A stretch of 64,000 nucleotides of DNA, from contig JAHDRW010000012.1 of the NCBI GenBank assembly GCA_018433085.1, forward strand, positions 20,606 through 84,605. Reading direction: 5' to 3'. Below, in pieces: positions 49,771-59,068 of the stretch (position 1 is the stretch's first letter; every line of letters begins with the position of its first letter). A program made the translations under genes and the position numbers. The notes under the pieces were generated by a model. The model saw only the letters and a list, made by a program, of their open reading frames with translations. It had not been told where the DNA came from and searched no databases. The DNA is from Deltaproteobacteria bacterium. Lineage in GTDB: Bacteria; Desulfobacterota; Desulfomonilia; UBA1062.

Positions 49771-50295
49771 CGTTTCCCCCTTCCGCTCTTATATGATTCA
49801 TTTCCAAGTCCACCGAAACGCCCTCCTATTAGGGTGTTCCCTGATAAACGATCTCCTTCCGCAGAGGAGAATTTATCCTCGCTCACCCACCAGATGCGGC
49901 CTATGACGCCAGTGATGCCCGGCTATCCTGAAGCCAGAGCCGGCCAGTGATCGGTTTTATGGTTCTGTTCCCGACAAGGTCTATTGGATTTCGTATGATT
50001 TCGTAGCTGCCTCACTGTGCTGTTTTTTATGAACGTGACTGCCGGCTGCAACAGCTGGCAGACGCTCGCCAGTTTCTCACAATATTCCACATATATCAAC
50101 TCGACCTTATAGTCCGGCCTGGGATGTACCTGCTCCGGTTCGTTTATTTTCTCATTTTGTACTATTCCAACTGACCATGTTTTCTTCATGCTTTTTGTAA
50201 CCGCTCTATCTCTCGTCATCTCTCCTTTGGCGGCGCTTCCCCCTACCAGATTATCATTCGCTTTCTGAAAGGCCCATGCAGTCTGCATACCCTTC

Positions 50296-51555
50296 CTAGA
50301 AAACGACCTTCCCGACAGACGGCTTGTTTGATTCGAGGGCTTCGGCAAAGGTTTCCAGCCTGATCCCCGTTTTCTCTTCGTCGAAAAAGGTGTCGTCCAC
50401 GAGGTCGCCTTCGATGATGGTAGACAGGACACCGAGCTTTTTCTGAACATAGTCCGCGATGTAGTGCATGGTGATGGAGAACGGCTTGCAGGTCATTGCA
50501 TATGCGAAGATCCCGGCCTCCATGTCATAATCCCTGTATAACTGCTCCGTGTACTCCGCCTTGTACCTGACATCTCTGTTGAGATAGAAGTAGGCGGTGT
50601 TCTCGGCAACGCTGTCCAGAGGTCGCTCCGGGTCGCTCCGGTCAAAGGCAAACAACTGGGAGTACGCACTCGTAACGAGGCAGATTCCCAGGCTTTGCAG
50701 TTTCTTCGACAGGAATCTCATGGCAAACCAGTACGGAATGCCGTCCCAGTACACCCTGTGCTTCATGTTCTCGAAGGGGACGATCCCTTCCCTGATCCTC
50801 TCGTTCATCTCCTGTTTCATCAGCCGGTAATGGTCTGCCACCTCGGGTTTGTATCTGAGCACGAGGTTCGGGAAATTATGGGGCATCAGGTCGAAGTAGG
50901 TTGACGGCGAGGGTTTGTGCTTGTTTATCTTTATCATGTCCGTATATCCCTTCGCACTCTCGCTGCCGTTCCTCACGACCTCCCTGAGCCTGTCGAGATC
51001 GAACTTCTTTCCGGTAAACTCCTCGAGGAAACGAATGAGATCCCCTATCTGGCCCTTGATATGACCGATGACATCCTTTTCCTGTATTCCCGGGATGATA
51101 TAGGGCGTATCGATGTGTATCATGGGGACGTCCCAGTAGTGACTGAGATGCTCCCACCACTTGGTGATGAGGCTGCAGCTGTTGTTGGCGACCAGCAGGA
51201 GATCGGGCGCGGGCAGCGGGTCGAACGGGTCCAGGCCTTCAATATCAGCCAGGGTCGACCCGAGACCGTTGCGGCAATAGGTGCACAGATGATGCTCGTA
51301 CCCCTTGTCTTCAGTGATCTTGCAGTGCCGGTAAGCCGCGTGCCGCGCCCCGCATGTGGCTGCATACGCCTCCGGGAACAGCACGCAGAAGTCCATCGCC
51401 CACAGTATCTCGTTGGGAGCGGCCGTAGTGGTCCACACGATCGGCTTCCGTTTCGACTCCTTGATCTCGCGGGCTTCCCGGTAATGATCGACAATCAACT
51501 TGCCAAGCCGATTCTGGGATTCCAACCTGTTGCCGATTTTCACCTCTGTTCCCAT
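50296..51555 (-). CDS. 2-hydroxyacyl-CoA dehydratase / benzoyl-CoA reductase family subunit (HgdB-like), pair 2
   Basis: 419 aa paralog of 43331..44575 (shared LLLVANNSC / LLMVVSNAC and Cys positions). aaggag RBS. Confidence 0.75.
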   Translation of the reverse strand: MGTEVKIGNRLESQNRLGKLIVDHYREAREIKESKRKPIVWTTTAAPNEILWAMDFCVLFPEAYAATCGARHAAYRHCKITEDKGYEHHLCTYCRNGLGSTLADIEGLDPFDPLPAPDLLLVANNSCSLITKWWEHLSHYWDVPMIHIDTPYIIPGIQEKDVIGHIKGQIGDLIRFLEEFTGKKFDLDRLREVVRNGSESAKGYTDMIKINKHKPSPSTYFDLMPHNFPNLVLRYKPEVADHYRLMKQEMNERIREGIVPFENMKHRVYWDGIPYWFAMRFLSKKLQSLGICLVTSAYSQLFAFDRSDPERPLDSVAENTAYFYLNRDVRYKAEYTEQLYRDYDMEAGIFAYAMTCKPFSITMHYIADYVQKKLGVLSTIIEGDLVDDTFFDEEKTGIRLETFAEALESNKPSVGKVVF

Positions 51556-51569
51556 TCACAACTCCTTTT

Positions 51570-52355
51570 TTATTCGGATCCAAGCCTGGATTTTGCGACA
51601 AGGGCAGCACCAAAGGCAGTGACAATCTGTGGATCTTCAGGCACGGTTATTTCACGTTTCATCGTACTGGCAAGAAGCGAAACGATCGCATCGTTTCTCG
51701 CGACCCCGCCAGTCATCACTACCCTTCCTGTGTCCCCGGGACCGATCGAGTTGATCAGCCCGTAAACACGGCTGACAATCGATTCGTGCAGCCCTGCGGC
51801 AATGTCTTCCTGCGGTGTCCTGCGAGCGATGAGGGATACGATCTCGGTCTGGGCAAACACGGTGCACGTACTGCTTATTCTGATCCTGTTTCCGGATCTC
51901 CTCGATAATGCTGCCAGCTCGGCAACGCTCACTCCGAGGGTCTCTGCGGCCACCTCCAGGAATCTACCTGTTCCGGCTGCACACTTATCGTTCATGGCGA
52001 AGTTGACCACCTTACCCTCGTCGTTTATCTTGATCGCCTTGCTGTCCTGGCCGCCGATATCCACGACCAGCCTTGCATCGGGATAGAAGTGGTAGGCACC
52101 CACGGCGTTGCAGGTGATTTCCGACATCGTGTCCGCTGCGAAAGGCACACTGACCCGCCCATACCCTGTCGCAACTATGCGTTGAATGTCATCGAAGGTG
52201 TGGCCGAGCTCCTGTGCCGCATTTTCGACAACCTTCCGGGCCACTGCATACAGATCCGTACCAGTCGGGAATAATGCTGACCGGAAGACATGATCCTCCT
52301 TGAGAACAACGGCTTTCGATGTCTGCGATCCGATATCAACACCAGCTACTATCAT
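51570..52355 (-). CDS. HgdC/BcrAD-type ATPase 'activase' of 2-hydroxyacyl-CoA dehydratases (CoA-substrate-specific enzyme activase)
   Basis: MIVAGVDIGSQTSKAVVL (ASKHA-fold N-terminus) and NDKCAAGTGRFLE (cluster-bridging Cys motif), about 262 aa, as in HgdC. It is the only such ATPase in the cluster. Confidence 0.85.
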   Translation of the reverse strand: MIVAGVDIGSQTSKAVVLKEDHVFRSALFPTGTDLYAVARKVVENAAQELGHTFDDIQRIVATGYGRVSVPFAADTMSEITCNAVGAYHFYPDARLVVDIGGQDSKAIKINDEGKVVNFAMNDKCAAGTGRFLEVAAETLGVSVAELAALSRRSGNRIRISSTCTVFAQTEIVSLIARRTPQEDIAAGLHESIVSRVYGLINSIGPGDTGRVVMTGGVARNDAIVSLLASTMKREITVPEDPQIVTAFGAALVAKSRLGSE

Positions 52356-52377
52356 GGCTTCACCCTCATTCGTTGTT

Positions 52378-53532
52378 TTAGAGACTGAGCATTTCCAGAT
52401 ATCCCTGTATCCTCGTTCTCTGCGTCTCCAAAGATCCGGCTTCATGCCCTGTATTGAGCGTGATGTGGGCGATGTTCTGCTCTTCCAGCCTTTTTTTCAG
52501 CATGACGAACTCCAGATCAAAGGGGTCGCAGTACATTTCTCTCAATAGGATGACTCCCTGGATCCCGTTCTCCAGCACATAGTCCGCAACATAGTCGCCG
52601 TAGGTGGAAAGGGATCTGTCCTGTTCAATCCAGTTTTGGGGGTAGTGGTAGGTTGTACAGGGAGTGAGGCCCAGGTAGAAATCGGCATATGCCTCGACCG
52701 GGTCTCCGGAACAGGGCACATCGACCGAGAAATAGCGCGACCCGGTGAAAAAATCGTCCCCAACGATCACTGCACCCATCTCTTCGATCAGGTCCAGGAT
52801 CTCCTCTTCCGGCATGCCGCAGGGGTGTCCACAGACCATAATCTTCGGTTTTTCACCGGGCTCGCACTCCAGATCTTGGGCCTGAACGAGAAGCTTCTTC
52901 AGAAGCGAATTATACTCTTCCTTGGGCATGATCATCCCGGCGGCGATCGCCTTTGCCAGATCAGAGGACTTCAATAATCCGGGCCTGGTTTTCCTGATGT
53001 CATTCAATGCCCTCATAAGGGAACGTGTTTCATTGAAAAGACGAATGCTCTCACGGAGCTTATCCGGTGTTATGGCCTTGCCGGCGAACTCCTCGAGCCC
53101 GGATTTCAGCCTCTTGAGTTCGTTCAGCAGAAACGGGCGCGAGGCCTCGCTCATATTGAAGGGACGCCACATCTGATGAAAAAAGGCGAACTCATGATCC
53201 AGGCTCCAGACCTGAAAAAAGAACCTGACCTGGTCACAGATCAGCACCGCGGCAACCCCGTCCAGGGCATCATACTTCCCGGACAGCAAGTCTTCGAAGG
53301 TGCTCCGGACCGCCCCGCACGCATTGGTCATGAGGTGTCGGTTCGCATGGGTGATCGGCCCGTTGCCGCCGAAGAGCGTGACAGGCAGCAGACCTGCAGC
53401 ATGGACGAATTCTTCCGGAAAATACATGGGGAGGCAGCCGATGACCTTTCCCCCTGTATCATCTTTCCATTTTACTATTTCACTGTTCCGCCGAGAGTAA
53501 CGAAGCTTAAGATTATCCAAAATCGATTGCAT
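52378..53532 (-). CDS. 2-hydroxyacyl-CoA dehydratase / benzoyl-CoA reductase family subunit (HgdA-like), pair 2
   Basis: About 385 aa paralog of 44596..45702 (VIGCLPMYFPEEFVHAAGLLPVTLF versus FIGVMHPIVPQEVIHAAGLHPFRLF). First gene after the sigma-54 promoter. Confidence 0.75.
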   Translation of the reverse strand: MQSILDNLKLRYSRRNSEIVKWKDDTGGKVIGCLPMYFPEEFVHAAGLLPVTLFGGNGPITHANRHLMTNACGAVRSTFEDLLSGKYDALDGVAAVLICDQVRFFFQVWSLDHEFAFFHQMWRPFNMSEASRPFLLNELKRLKSGLEEFAGKAITPDKLRESIRLFNETRSLMRALNDIRKTRPGLLKSSDLAKAIAAGMIMPKEEYNSLLKKLLVQAQDLECEPGEKPKIMVCGHPCGMPEEEILDLIEEMGAVIVGDDFFTGSRYFSVDVPCSGDPVEAYADFYLGLTPCTTYHYPQNWIEQDRSLSTYGDYVADYVLENGIQGVILLREMYCDPFDLEFVMLKKRLEEQNIAHITLNTGHEAGSLETQRTRIQGYLEMLSL

Positions 53533-53597
53533 ATGTTTGCCCACCTGTCGTGATGATTAAAAGGCCTTATCTTTTTGCGTCGACATTTCAGGTGTAA

Positions 53598-53613
53598 GGC
53601 AAGAACAGTACCA
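53598..53613 (-). promoter_or_regulatory. Sigma-54 promoter (TGGTAC-tgttc-TTGCC) of the HAD operon
   Basis: Minus-strand read of ggcaagaacagtacca. GG/GC spacing is canonical. 55-65 nt upstream of the first gene. A near-identical copy lies at 58631. Confidence 0.7.
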
Positions 53614-53720
53614 CCATCCCGGGCAGGACGATATTTGGGCTGGATTTATCAGATTAATCAAAAGGTTGTAAACAATTTGCCGAATCGGCGCATCATGGCC
53701 GGAATTTATCTCCCTCAGGG

Positions 53721-53770
53721 GCCTGTAACAATATCTAACAAACCATGCTCCATTATGCTACATGTCACAG
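53721..53770. promoter_or_regulatory. Conserved about 50-bp upstream activating sequence (copy 1) roughly 107 bp upstream of the sigma-54 promoter
   Basis: gcctgtaacaatatctaaca-aacc-atgctccattatgctacat-gt-cacag. 45/50 identical to 58753..58802. Contains helical-phased direct repeats TAACA(N6)TAACA and ATGCT(N5)ATGCT. Confidence 0.65.
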
Positions 53771-54027
53771 GCCGGGCCTTTTGTGACAGGACGGTAGGCG
53801 GTAAAAGGCTGCTTGACGGCGTAAATGCCGACTGTGCTGATCCATAGGGGAGGCTTTCTGCGAAGACAGTGGTCGTGTGCCTGGCTAATATTGATATTTC
53901 CGGCTTTTCCCAAGGGTATCTCGTCGCTTCGAACGCGACCGGCACGTCCGGTCACGCGCCTTGGATATACATGACACGGTGCAGCCGGGCGCTTACCTAC
54001 CTGCGCACGGCCGCACCCCTTATCCAG

Positions 54028-54528
54028 TTACTCGCCGAGATGCACGATGAGAACGGGTTTCGTGCACTTGCGGACAACATGCCTGGCGGTATAGTCCAGC
54101 AGGGCCTTCCCCACGGAGGTCACGGAATGCGCGCCCACAATGACCAGGTCGAACCCCTGCTCGTCGACCATGGTGAGGATGGTCTTCTCTGCATTCCCGA
54201 GGACAACGGTCACATTTTCGACAAACTCATCGAATTCGGCACCTTCGCACATTCGGGTGCAGGTGTCCTGAAGCCGCCTCTGAATGACTTCCAGGGCCTC
54301 CTGCTGATTTTTCTTCAGCAGTTCTTCCCACTTTTTTTCTCCCACGACAGAGCTCACCAGGGAAGACGTACTCTGAGACATTTTCTCGATGACATGCAGC
54401 GCGGTAATCTTTGCCTGAAATCGTTTGGCAATGCTGAGCGCATACCCGAATGCATGTTCCGCCCTCTCGGACAAGTCGGTCACATACAGGACCCGTTTGA
54501 AATCATAGTTCATGATCATTCCTTTCAT
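54028..54528 (-). CDS. Universal stress protein (UspA family)
   Basis: RVLYVTDLSE N-terminus and VIVGAHSVTSVGKALLDYTARHVVRKCTKPVLIV (ATP-binding G-2x-G-9x-G(S/T) region). Confidence 0.8.
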   Translation of the reverse strand: MKGMIMNYDFKRVLYVTDLSERAEHAFGYALSIAKRFQAKITALHVIEKMSQSTSSLVSSVVGEKKWEELLKKNQQEALEVIQRRLQDTCTRMCEGAEFDEFVENVTVVLGNAEKTILTMVDEQGFDLVIVGAHSVTSVGKALLDYTARHVVRKCTKPVLIVHLGE

Positions 54529-54745
54529 GCTTTATCAACAGTGACTTTCGTGCATCCCGGGACCGGTCACGCGCGCTTGCACGCAACGGACCCCGAGACG
54601 CTTCAAGATTCTTTCCCCGGAGAATTCACGCATGCCTCACGTATAACAGCCTCTCGGACGTGACGTCCATGGATCGTATCGTCGGCTATTCCCGGGCACG
54701 AGCCGTCCTTCCTCCCCTCTTCTCAAGAGGCCTGTTCTCGTGAGC

Positions 54746-56653
54746 CTACGGACGGATATCGTCCAGTCCCAGTTCGGCCAGTTTTTCCTTTGTGGGTATG
54801 CCGGTTTTCTTGTCCCATCCCCGGCACTCGTAGTAATCGTCCAGGGCATCCTGGACATCTTCTTTCCGAAGAAGTTTCTTCTTGTAGTAATCTTTCATCA
54901 CGTGTTCTTTGTCATCGGCTGTCTTGAGCGCCTTGAACCACTGCTGGGGTATCTGGCTATCGTCTCTCAACACGCCTTCCCTGACATTCGTCATCCTCGA
55001 TATGGTCCATACGCGTTCGACCGCCTTCATCACCGAAGGCACGTCGATATCGTGCCCGGTCGCCGCTGAATAAAGCTCGGCCAGCAGCCCCGCCGAATAA
55101 TACCGGTCGTTCCCTGCCCGGTTGCACACCCCCATGCAGCTCATGAGACAGACCCAGTCCTCGAAACACCGGGTGAAGCTGCCCAGTCTGAATCCGTCAT
55201 CAACAGCGAAGATCCGCTCCATGAGCTCGGGCGATCCTCCTACCCGTCCGCAATGACGCTTCATGGCATCGGGCGGAAGGTTCGGTACGGTCGTAGGCGA
55301 CCCGCCGTATGCGGAATACGGGCCCCTGGGGCTTACCAGCTGCTCGAATTCCATGGTGCCCAAAGCCCACAACCGCGGCTCCCAGATCACGTTGATTCCG
55401 TTAATCGTGTAGGCGTGCCCTTTGGCCTTCTCGCCCACAAACTCGATCATTCCTTCCCATCCCTCCGCCATGGCGTCCCCGAAGCCCTCGCGCGCCATCA
55501 TCATGTCCACGAGCCGGTTCACGCTCTCGTAGTCCCGCTTCAGCTCAAAGCCGATGTCTTCCTTCTTCAGCAGCCCCGCCTCGTAGAGATCGAAGGGAAA
55601 GTCCAGCAGCCCTTCCATTGTCTGGCCGCATAGCCCCAACCGGTCAAACTTATTGTAAATATATGCCGCCTGCTTGATATCGTTGATGGCAAATCTGGTC
55701 GCAAAAGCCGGTATGTTGATGAACGAGGTGATCCCCATGGTGAACCTGGAACACTCACCATCGTCAAACTCCAGTAGATCCTTGCACCCAACCAGACACG
55801 ACGTGCAGGCTACCCGAGACTTCTTGATGCTCTTGTACGAGGGAATGCCGAATGTCTTTGTCACCTCCTCGGGGGTCAGATGCTCGGTACTGAAATACTC
55901 AGTTATCAACCCTTCCCAACCTGCCATCATACCCAGATCCACCACCTGGTTCCGGGCCTTGAACTCCATCATCCGCTTGACCAGACCGGACACGCTCTTT
56001 TCGAACCGTTTGGGGTCGGCTATAGTCATGCCTTTTGTCCCGTACGCGACTACCGCCTTTAAATTCTTGGATCCCATTACGGCCCCAAGACCTCCCCTGC
56101 CAAGAGAGGATATGCCGTCAACATTGGCTTGCGCATTGGTCACCTGCTGCTCTCCTGCAGGCCCTACGCAAATCGTCCCCGCCCCGTCGTAGACGGTCTT
56201 CAGCTCCGCGGTCACCTCATACACGTCGCGGCCCCAGAGATGACGCGCATCCTCAACCGTTATCGTATCGTCGGTGATCACCACCATAACCGGGCTCTCG
56301 GATTTGCCTGTCAGTACGATATGATCATACCCAGCCCATTTCATCATGCTCGCAAAGCTCATGCTCCCCGCAGAGCTTCCTACCATCTTGCCGATCGGAA
56401 ACTTCGTGGTCGCAAATATCTTGGACGCTCCCGGAACCGATGTCCCCACAAGGGCTCCTGCCCCGAATACGATCGGATTCTCAGGCGCCCGGGGGTCTGT
56501 CCCCGGGATCATCGCGTCATACGCAAGCTTGTGATTGATCCCGTAACCCCCCAAAAACGACTCGACCATGCTCTCCTGTATAGGCTCCTCGCTCACCCGC
56601 CGATTCGTCAGATCCACGTATGCGACCTTCCCGCCAAATCCGTGCTTACTCAT
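54746..56653 (-). CDS. Aldehyde:ferredoxin oxidoreductase family protein (tungsten/molybdopterin), second copy
   Basis: MSKHGFGGKVAYVDLTN...FLGGYGINHKLAYDA...PENPIVFGAG...AAGSMS is the AOR N-domain; 635 aa. The start overlaps the stop of the upstream oxidoreductase gene. Confidence 0.85.
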   Translation of the reverse strand: MSKHGFGGKVAYVDLTNRRVSEEPIQESMVESFLGGYGINHKLAYDAMIPGTDPRAPENPIVFGAGALVGTSVPGASKIFATTKFPIGKMVGSSAGSMSFASMMKWAGYDHIVLTGKSESPVMVVITDDTITVEDARHLWGRDVYEVTAELKTVYDGAGTICVGPAGEQQVTNAQANVDGISSLGRGGLGAVMGSKNLKAVVAYGTKGMTIADPKRFEKSVSGLVKRMMEFKARNQVVDLGMMAGWEGLITEYFSTEHLTPEEVTKTFGIPSYKSIKKSRVACTSCLVGCKDLLEFDDGECSRFTMGITSFINIPAFATRFAINDIKQAAYIYNKFDRLGLCGQTMEGLLDFPFDLYEAGLLKKEDIGFELKRDYESVNRLVDMMMAREGFGDAMAEGWEGMIEFVGEKAKGHAYTINGINVIWEPRLWALGTMEFEQLVSPRGPYSAYGGSPTTVPNLPPDAMKRHCGRVGGSPELMERIFAVDDGFRLGSFTRCFEDWVCLMSCMGVCNRAGNDRYYSAGLLAELYSAATGHDIDVPSVMKAVERVWTISRMTNVREGVLRDDSQIPQQWFKALKTADDKEHVMKDYYKKKLLRKEDVQDALDDYYECRGWDKKTGIPTKEKLAELGLDDIRP

Positions 56654-58346
56654 GATCCTCTCCTTCCCCAGAAATCCCGTGTGGAAGATCTTCCTTTACC
56701 CGCAAAAAATCGTCCGCCCTCGTCAAGGCCCCGTACGGACAGTACCGGGCACAAATCCCGCAGTCTTCGCACTCCTGCGTAAACGATATCTCGTTGAGCT
56801 TGCCGAAAACCGTGTTCACCCTGACCTTGATGTTCGCCTTCAGCGGGTTGAAATAACCCAGCTTGGCCAACGAGCAGTAGTACGCGCAGGTCTGGCACCC
56901 CGTGCACTTCGAGGCGTCAATGAGTATCGGCACATCACACCTCAGGCACTGGTTCGACTCCCCTCTCGCTGTCTCGCAGTCAAATCCCTTGTCCACCTCT
57001 TGGAAATTGCCGATCCTCTCTTCCACGCTCAGAAGATTGTGCGGCCTCTTTCCCCGCAGGTGATGACCCTGCAAGGGTCGCGTCCTGAGATCCTCTCTCA
57101 GACGTGTCTCATCCTGTACAGAGGAGCCTCCCAGAAACCGGACAATGCCCTCGGCAGCCCTTCTCCCCTGCGCGATCGCCTCGGTCACCGAAGACGTGTA
57201 CAGCACGTCGCCTCCGGCAAACACCCCCTTGACCGAGGTCTGAAGCGTCCCCTCGTCAACCTGGAGAAACCCGTTCCGGTTGAACCTCAACTCAGAGGAC
57301 CCCGCCTGGAGATCGGGCATCTGCCCTGTGGCAACGATGACCGTATCCGCCGAAAAACTCAGCTTCGAACCCTGCCTGGCAACGGGCCGTCTCCTCCCGC
57401 TCTCGTCGGGCTCGCCCAGCTCCATCTCACAGCACTCCACACAGGTGATAACCTCTCCTTCGCGCACCACCGCGGTCGGCGCCACCAGATACATCACCTC
57501 GATCCCTTCCTGCTCCGCGCTTACAATCTCCTCTTCGGTCGCCGGCATCTCGTTCCTGGTGCGCCGGTAGAGAATATGAACCTCTTTGGCACCCAGCCTC
57601 AGGGCAGAGCGGGCCGCGTCGATCGCCGCGTTCCCACCACCGATCACCGCCACCTTCCCGCCCATGCTCACCGGCCGGTTCGCCCGCACCTTCTTCAGAA
57701 AATCCAGCGCGGTCATCACGCCCTCGCCCTCGATGCCCGGCACGTCGATCTCTGCAGACTTGTGCGCGCCCGTGGCAAGAAAAACCGCGCTGTATCCCTC
57801 ATCGAACAGACCCGAAATCGTGATGTCTTTCCCCAGCTCCGTGTTCAGATGAATCGGCACCCCGGAGAGCTCGATGTCCCTGATCTCCCTGCTCACGATA
57901 TCCAGCGGCAGCCGGTACTCCGGAATGCACGCCGTCATCATGCCGCCCGGAACGGATTCCCGCTCGAAGACACTCACACCGTATCCCCTCTCACGCAGGC
58001 AAACCGCTGCGGTCAGCCCCGCAGGACCCGATCCGATGACGGCGATCTTCTCCTTCTTCGTGGGCTCACCAAACTTCCTCGGCACAATCCCGGCCGTGTC
58101 GCTCGCATACCGCTTCACCCCATTGATCGATATCGAATCGGCCAGCTGCCGACAGTTGCACTTGTCCTCGCACGGCCTGAAACAAACCCTGCCCACCGTC
58201 TCCGGAAAGGGTATGACCTCCCGAATCACCGCAACAGCAGCCTCCGCATCGCCAATGGCCACGTACCTCAAATACCGCGGTATATCCACACGCGCAGGAC
58301 ACGCTTCCCTGCATGGCGCCATCCTCTTGGGCTCCTTGAACCTCAT
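56646..58346 (-). CDS. GltD/NfnB/SudA-like FAD- and NAD(P)H-binding oxidoreductase fused to a C-terminal 2x[4Fe-4S] ferredoxin domain; predicted electron-transfer subunit of the adjacent AOR
   Basis: N-terminal CREACP...GRVCFRPCEDKC (GltD-type FeS), IAVIGSGPAGL (FAD) and VAVIGGGNAAID (NAD(P)) motifs. C-terminal CTGCQTCAYYC...CEDCGICARYCP. Confidence 0.8.
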   Translation of the reverse strand: MRFKEPKRMAPCREACPARVDIPRYLRYVAIGDAEAAVAVIREVIPFPETVGRVCFRPCEDKCNCRQLADSISINGVKRYASDTAGIVPRKFGEPTKKEKIAVIGSGPAGLTAAVCLRERGYGVSVFERESVPGGMMTACIPEYRLPLDIVSREIRDIELSGVPIHLNTELGKDITISGLFDEGYSAVFLATGAHKSAEIDVPGIEGEGVMTALDFLKKVRANRPVSMGGKVAVIGGGNAAIDAARSALRLGAKEVHILYRRTRNEMPATEEEIVSAEQEGIEVMYLVAPTAVVREGEVITCVECCEMELGEPDESGRRRPVARQGSKLSFSADTVIVATGQMPDLQAGSSELRFNRNGFLQVDEGTLQTSVKGVFAGGDVLYTSSVTEAIAQGRRAAEGIVRFLGGSSVQDETRLREDLRTRPLQGHHLRGKRPHNLLSVEERIGNFQEVDKGFDCETARGESNQCLRCDVPILIDASKCTGCQTCAYYCSLAKLGYFNPLKANIKVRVNTVFGKLNEISFTQECEDCGICARYCPYGALTRADDFLRVKEDLPHGISGEGEDHE

Positions 58347-58630
58347 ACGCTTACCCCCTTGATGTTTTTTGTAAACCTTTCACCTTCGACATCTCAATGC
58401 AGCTGTGCCCGTTGGAGTTATGGTATTTTTTCCCACAAGCAATGAATCCGATTTCTTCATTCTTGCTGCAATTGCCTCAGCCATGGTCTTTGAAGCCTCA
58501 CGCGCTCGATGCGTCCCTGGCTGGAATCAGTCGGGCAGGGCTCACATGGTCTGTAAGTTCTTCTGCCGGGAGCACATTGTTGGTTTTTCGATAATCTTCC
58601 CCAAGCGACTGAGCCCTGCGGATATTCTCA

Positions 58631-58646
58631 GGCAAAAACAGTACCA
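58631..58646 (-). promoter_or_regulatory. Sigma-54 promoter (TGGTAC-tgttt-TTGCC) of the oxidoreductase-AOR-usp operon
   Basis: Minus-strand read of ggcaaaaacagtacca; the flanking bases are also conserved with the copy at 53598. Confidence 0.7.
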
Positions 58647-58752
58647 TCATACCGGGGAGGACGCTTATTCAGTTATATCGACTATAGAATTGGTTACTTA
58701 TAGGGTATTTGCCAAGTTTCTCACCGCCATGGCCTTCAAGAAGGACACCGGC

Positions 58753-58802
58753 GCCTGTAACAATATCTAACAGGTAATGCTCCATTATGCTACATACCAC
58801 AG
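58753..58802. promoter_or_regulatory. Conserved about 50-bp upstream activating sequence (copy 2)
   Basis: gcctgtaacaatatctaaca-ggta-atgctccattatgctacat-ac-cacag. Same 107-bp spacing to its sigma-54 promoter as copy 1. Confidence 0.65.
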
Positions 58803-59068
58803 ACAACACCCATCGGGTTCTCTGGAGACGGGGCATCCCGTGCCGTTTCGAAACTCAATAGGTGAATGAGAAACGAGAATCGATCACTCGCCTGTCAGAC
58901 TCTTTCCCGGACGCACCGAAACGACAAAAGTCCCTGAGCCTGGAGCGCCCGTTCCCGTGTATCTCCCCTCCGGTAAGGCTACCGACACCGGATACAGCGG
59001 GCTCGGCACGGGAACGTGCTCACTCCCCGGACGTCTCTTTGCTCCCGGGCATACGAGAACGTAGGCAT

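Noticed and set aside
49923-50450. 175-aa minus-strand ORF in the intra-operon gap, overlapping the 3' end of the HgdB-like gene
   Set aside because: It is out of frame with the real gene, has no RBS and has a low-complexity translation.
56568-58445. 625-aa plus-strand ORF antisense to the GltD-like oxidoreductase
   Set aside because: Low-complexity Arg/Pro-rich translation. The sense strand has FAD/NAD/FeS motifs.
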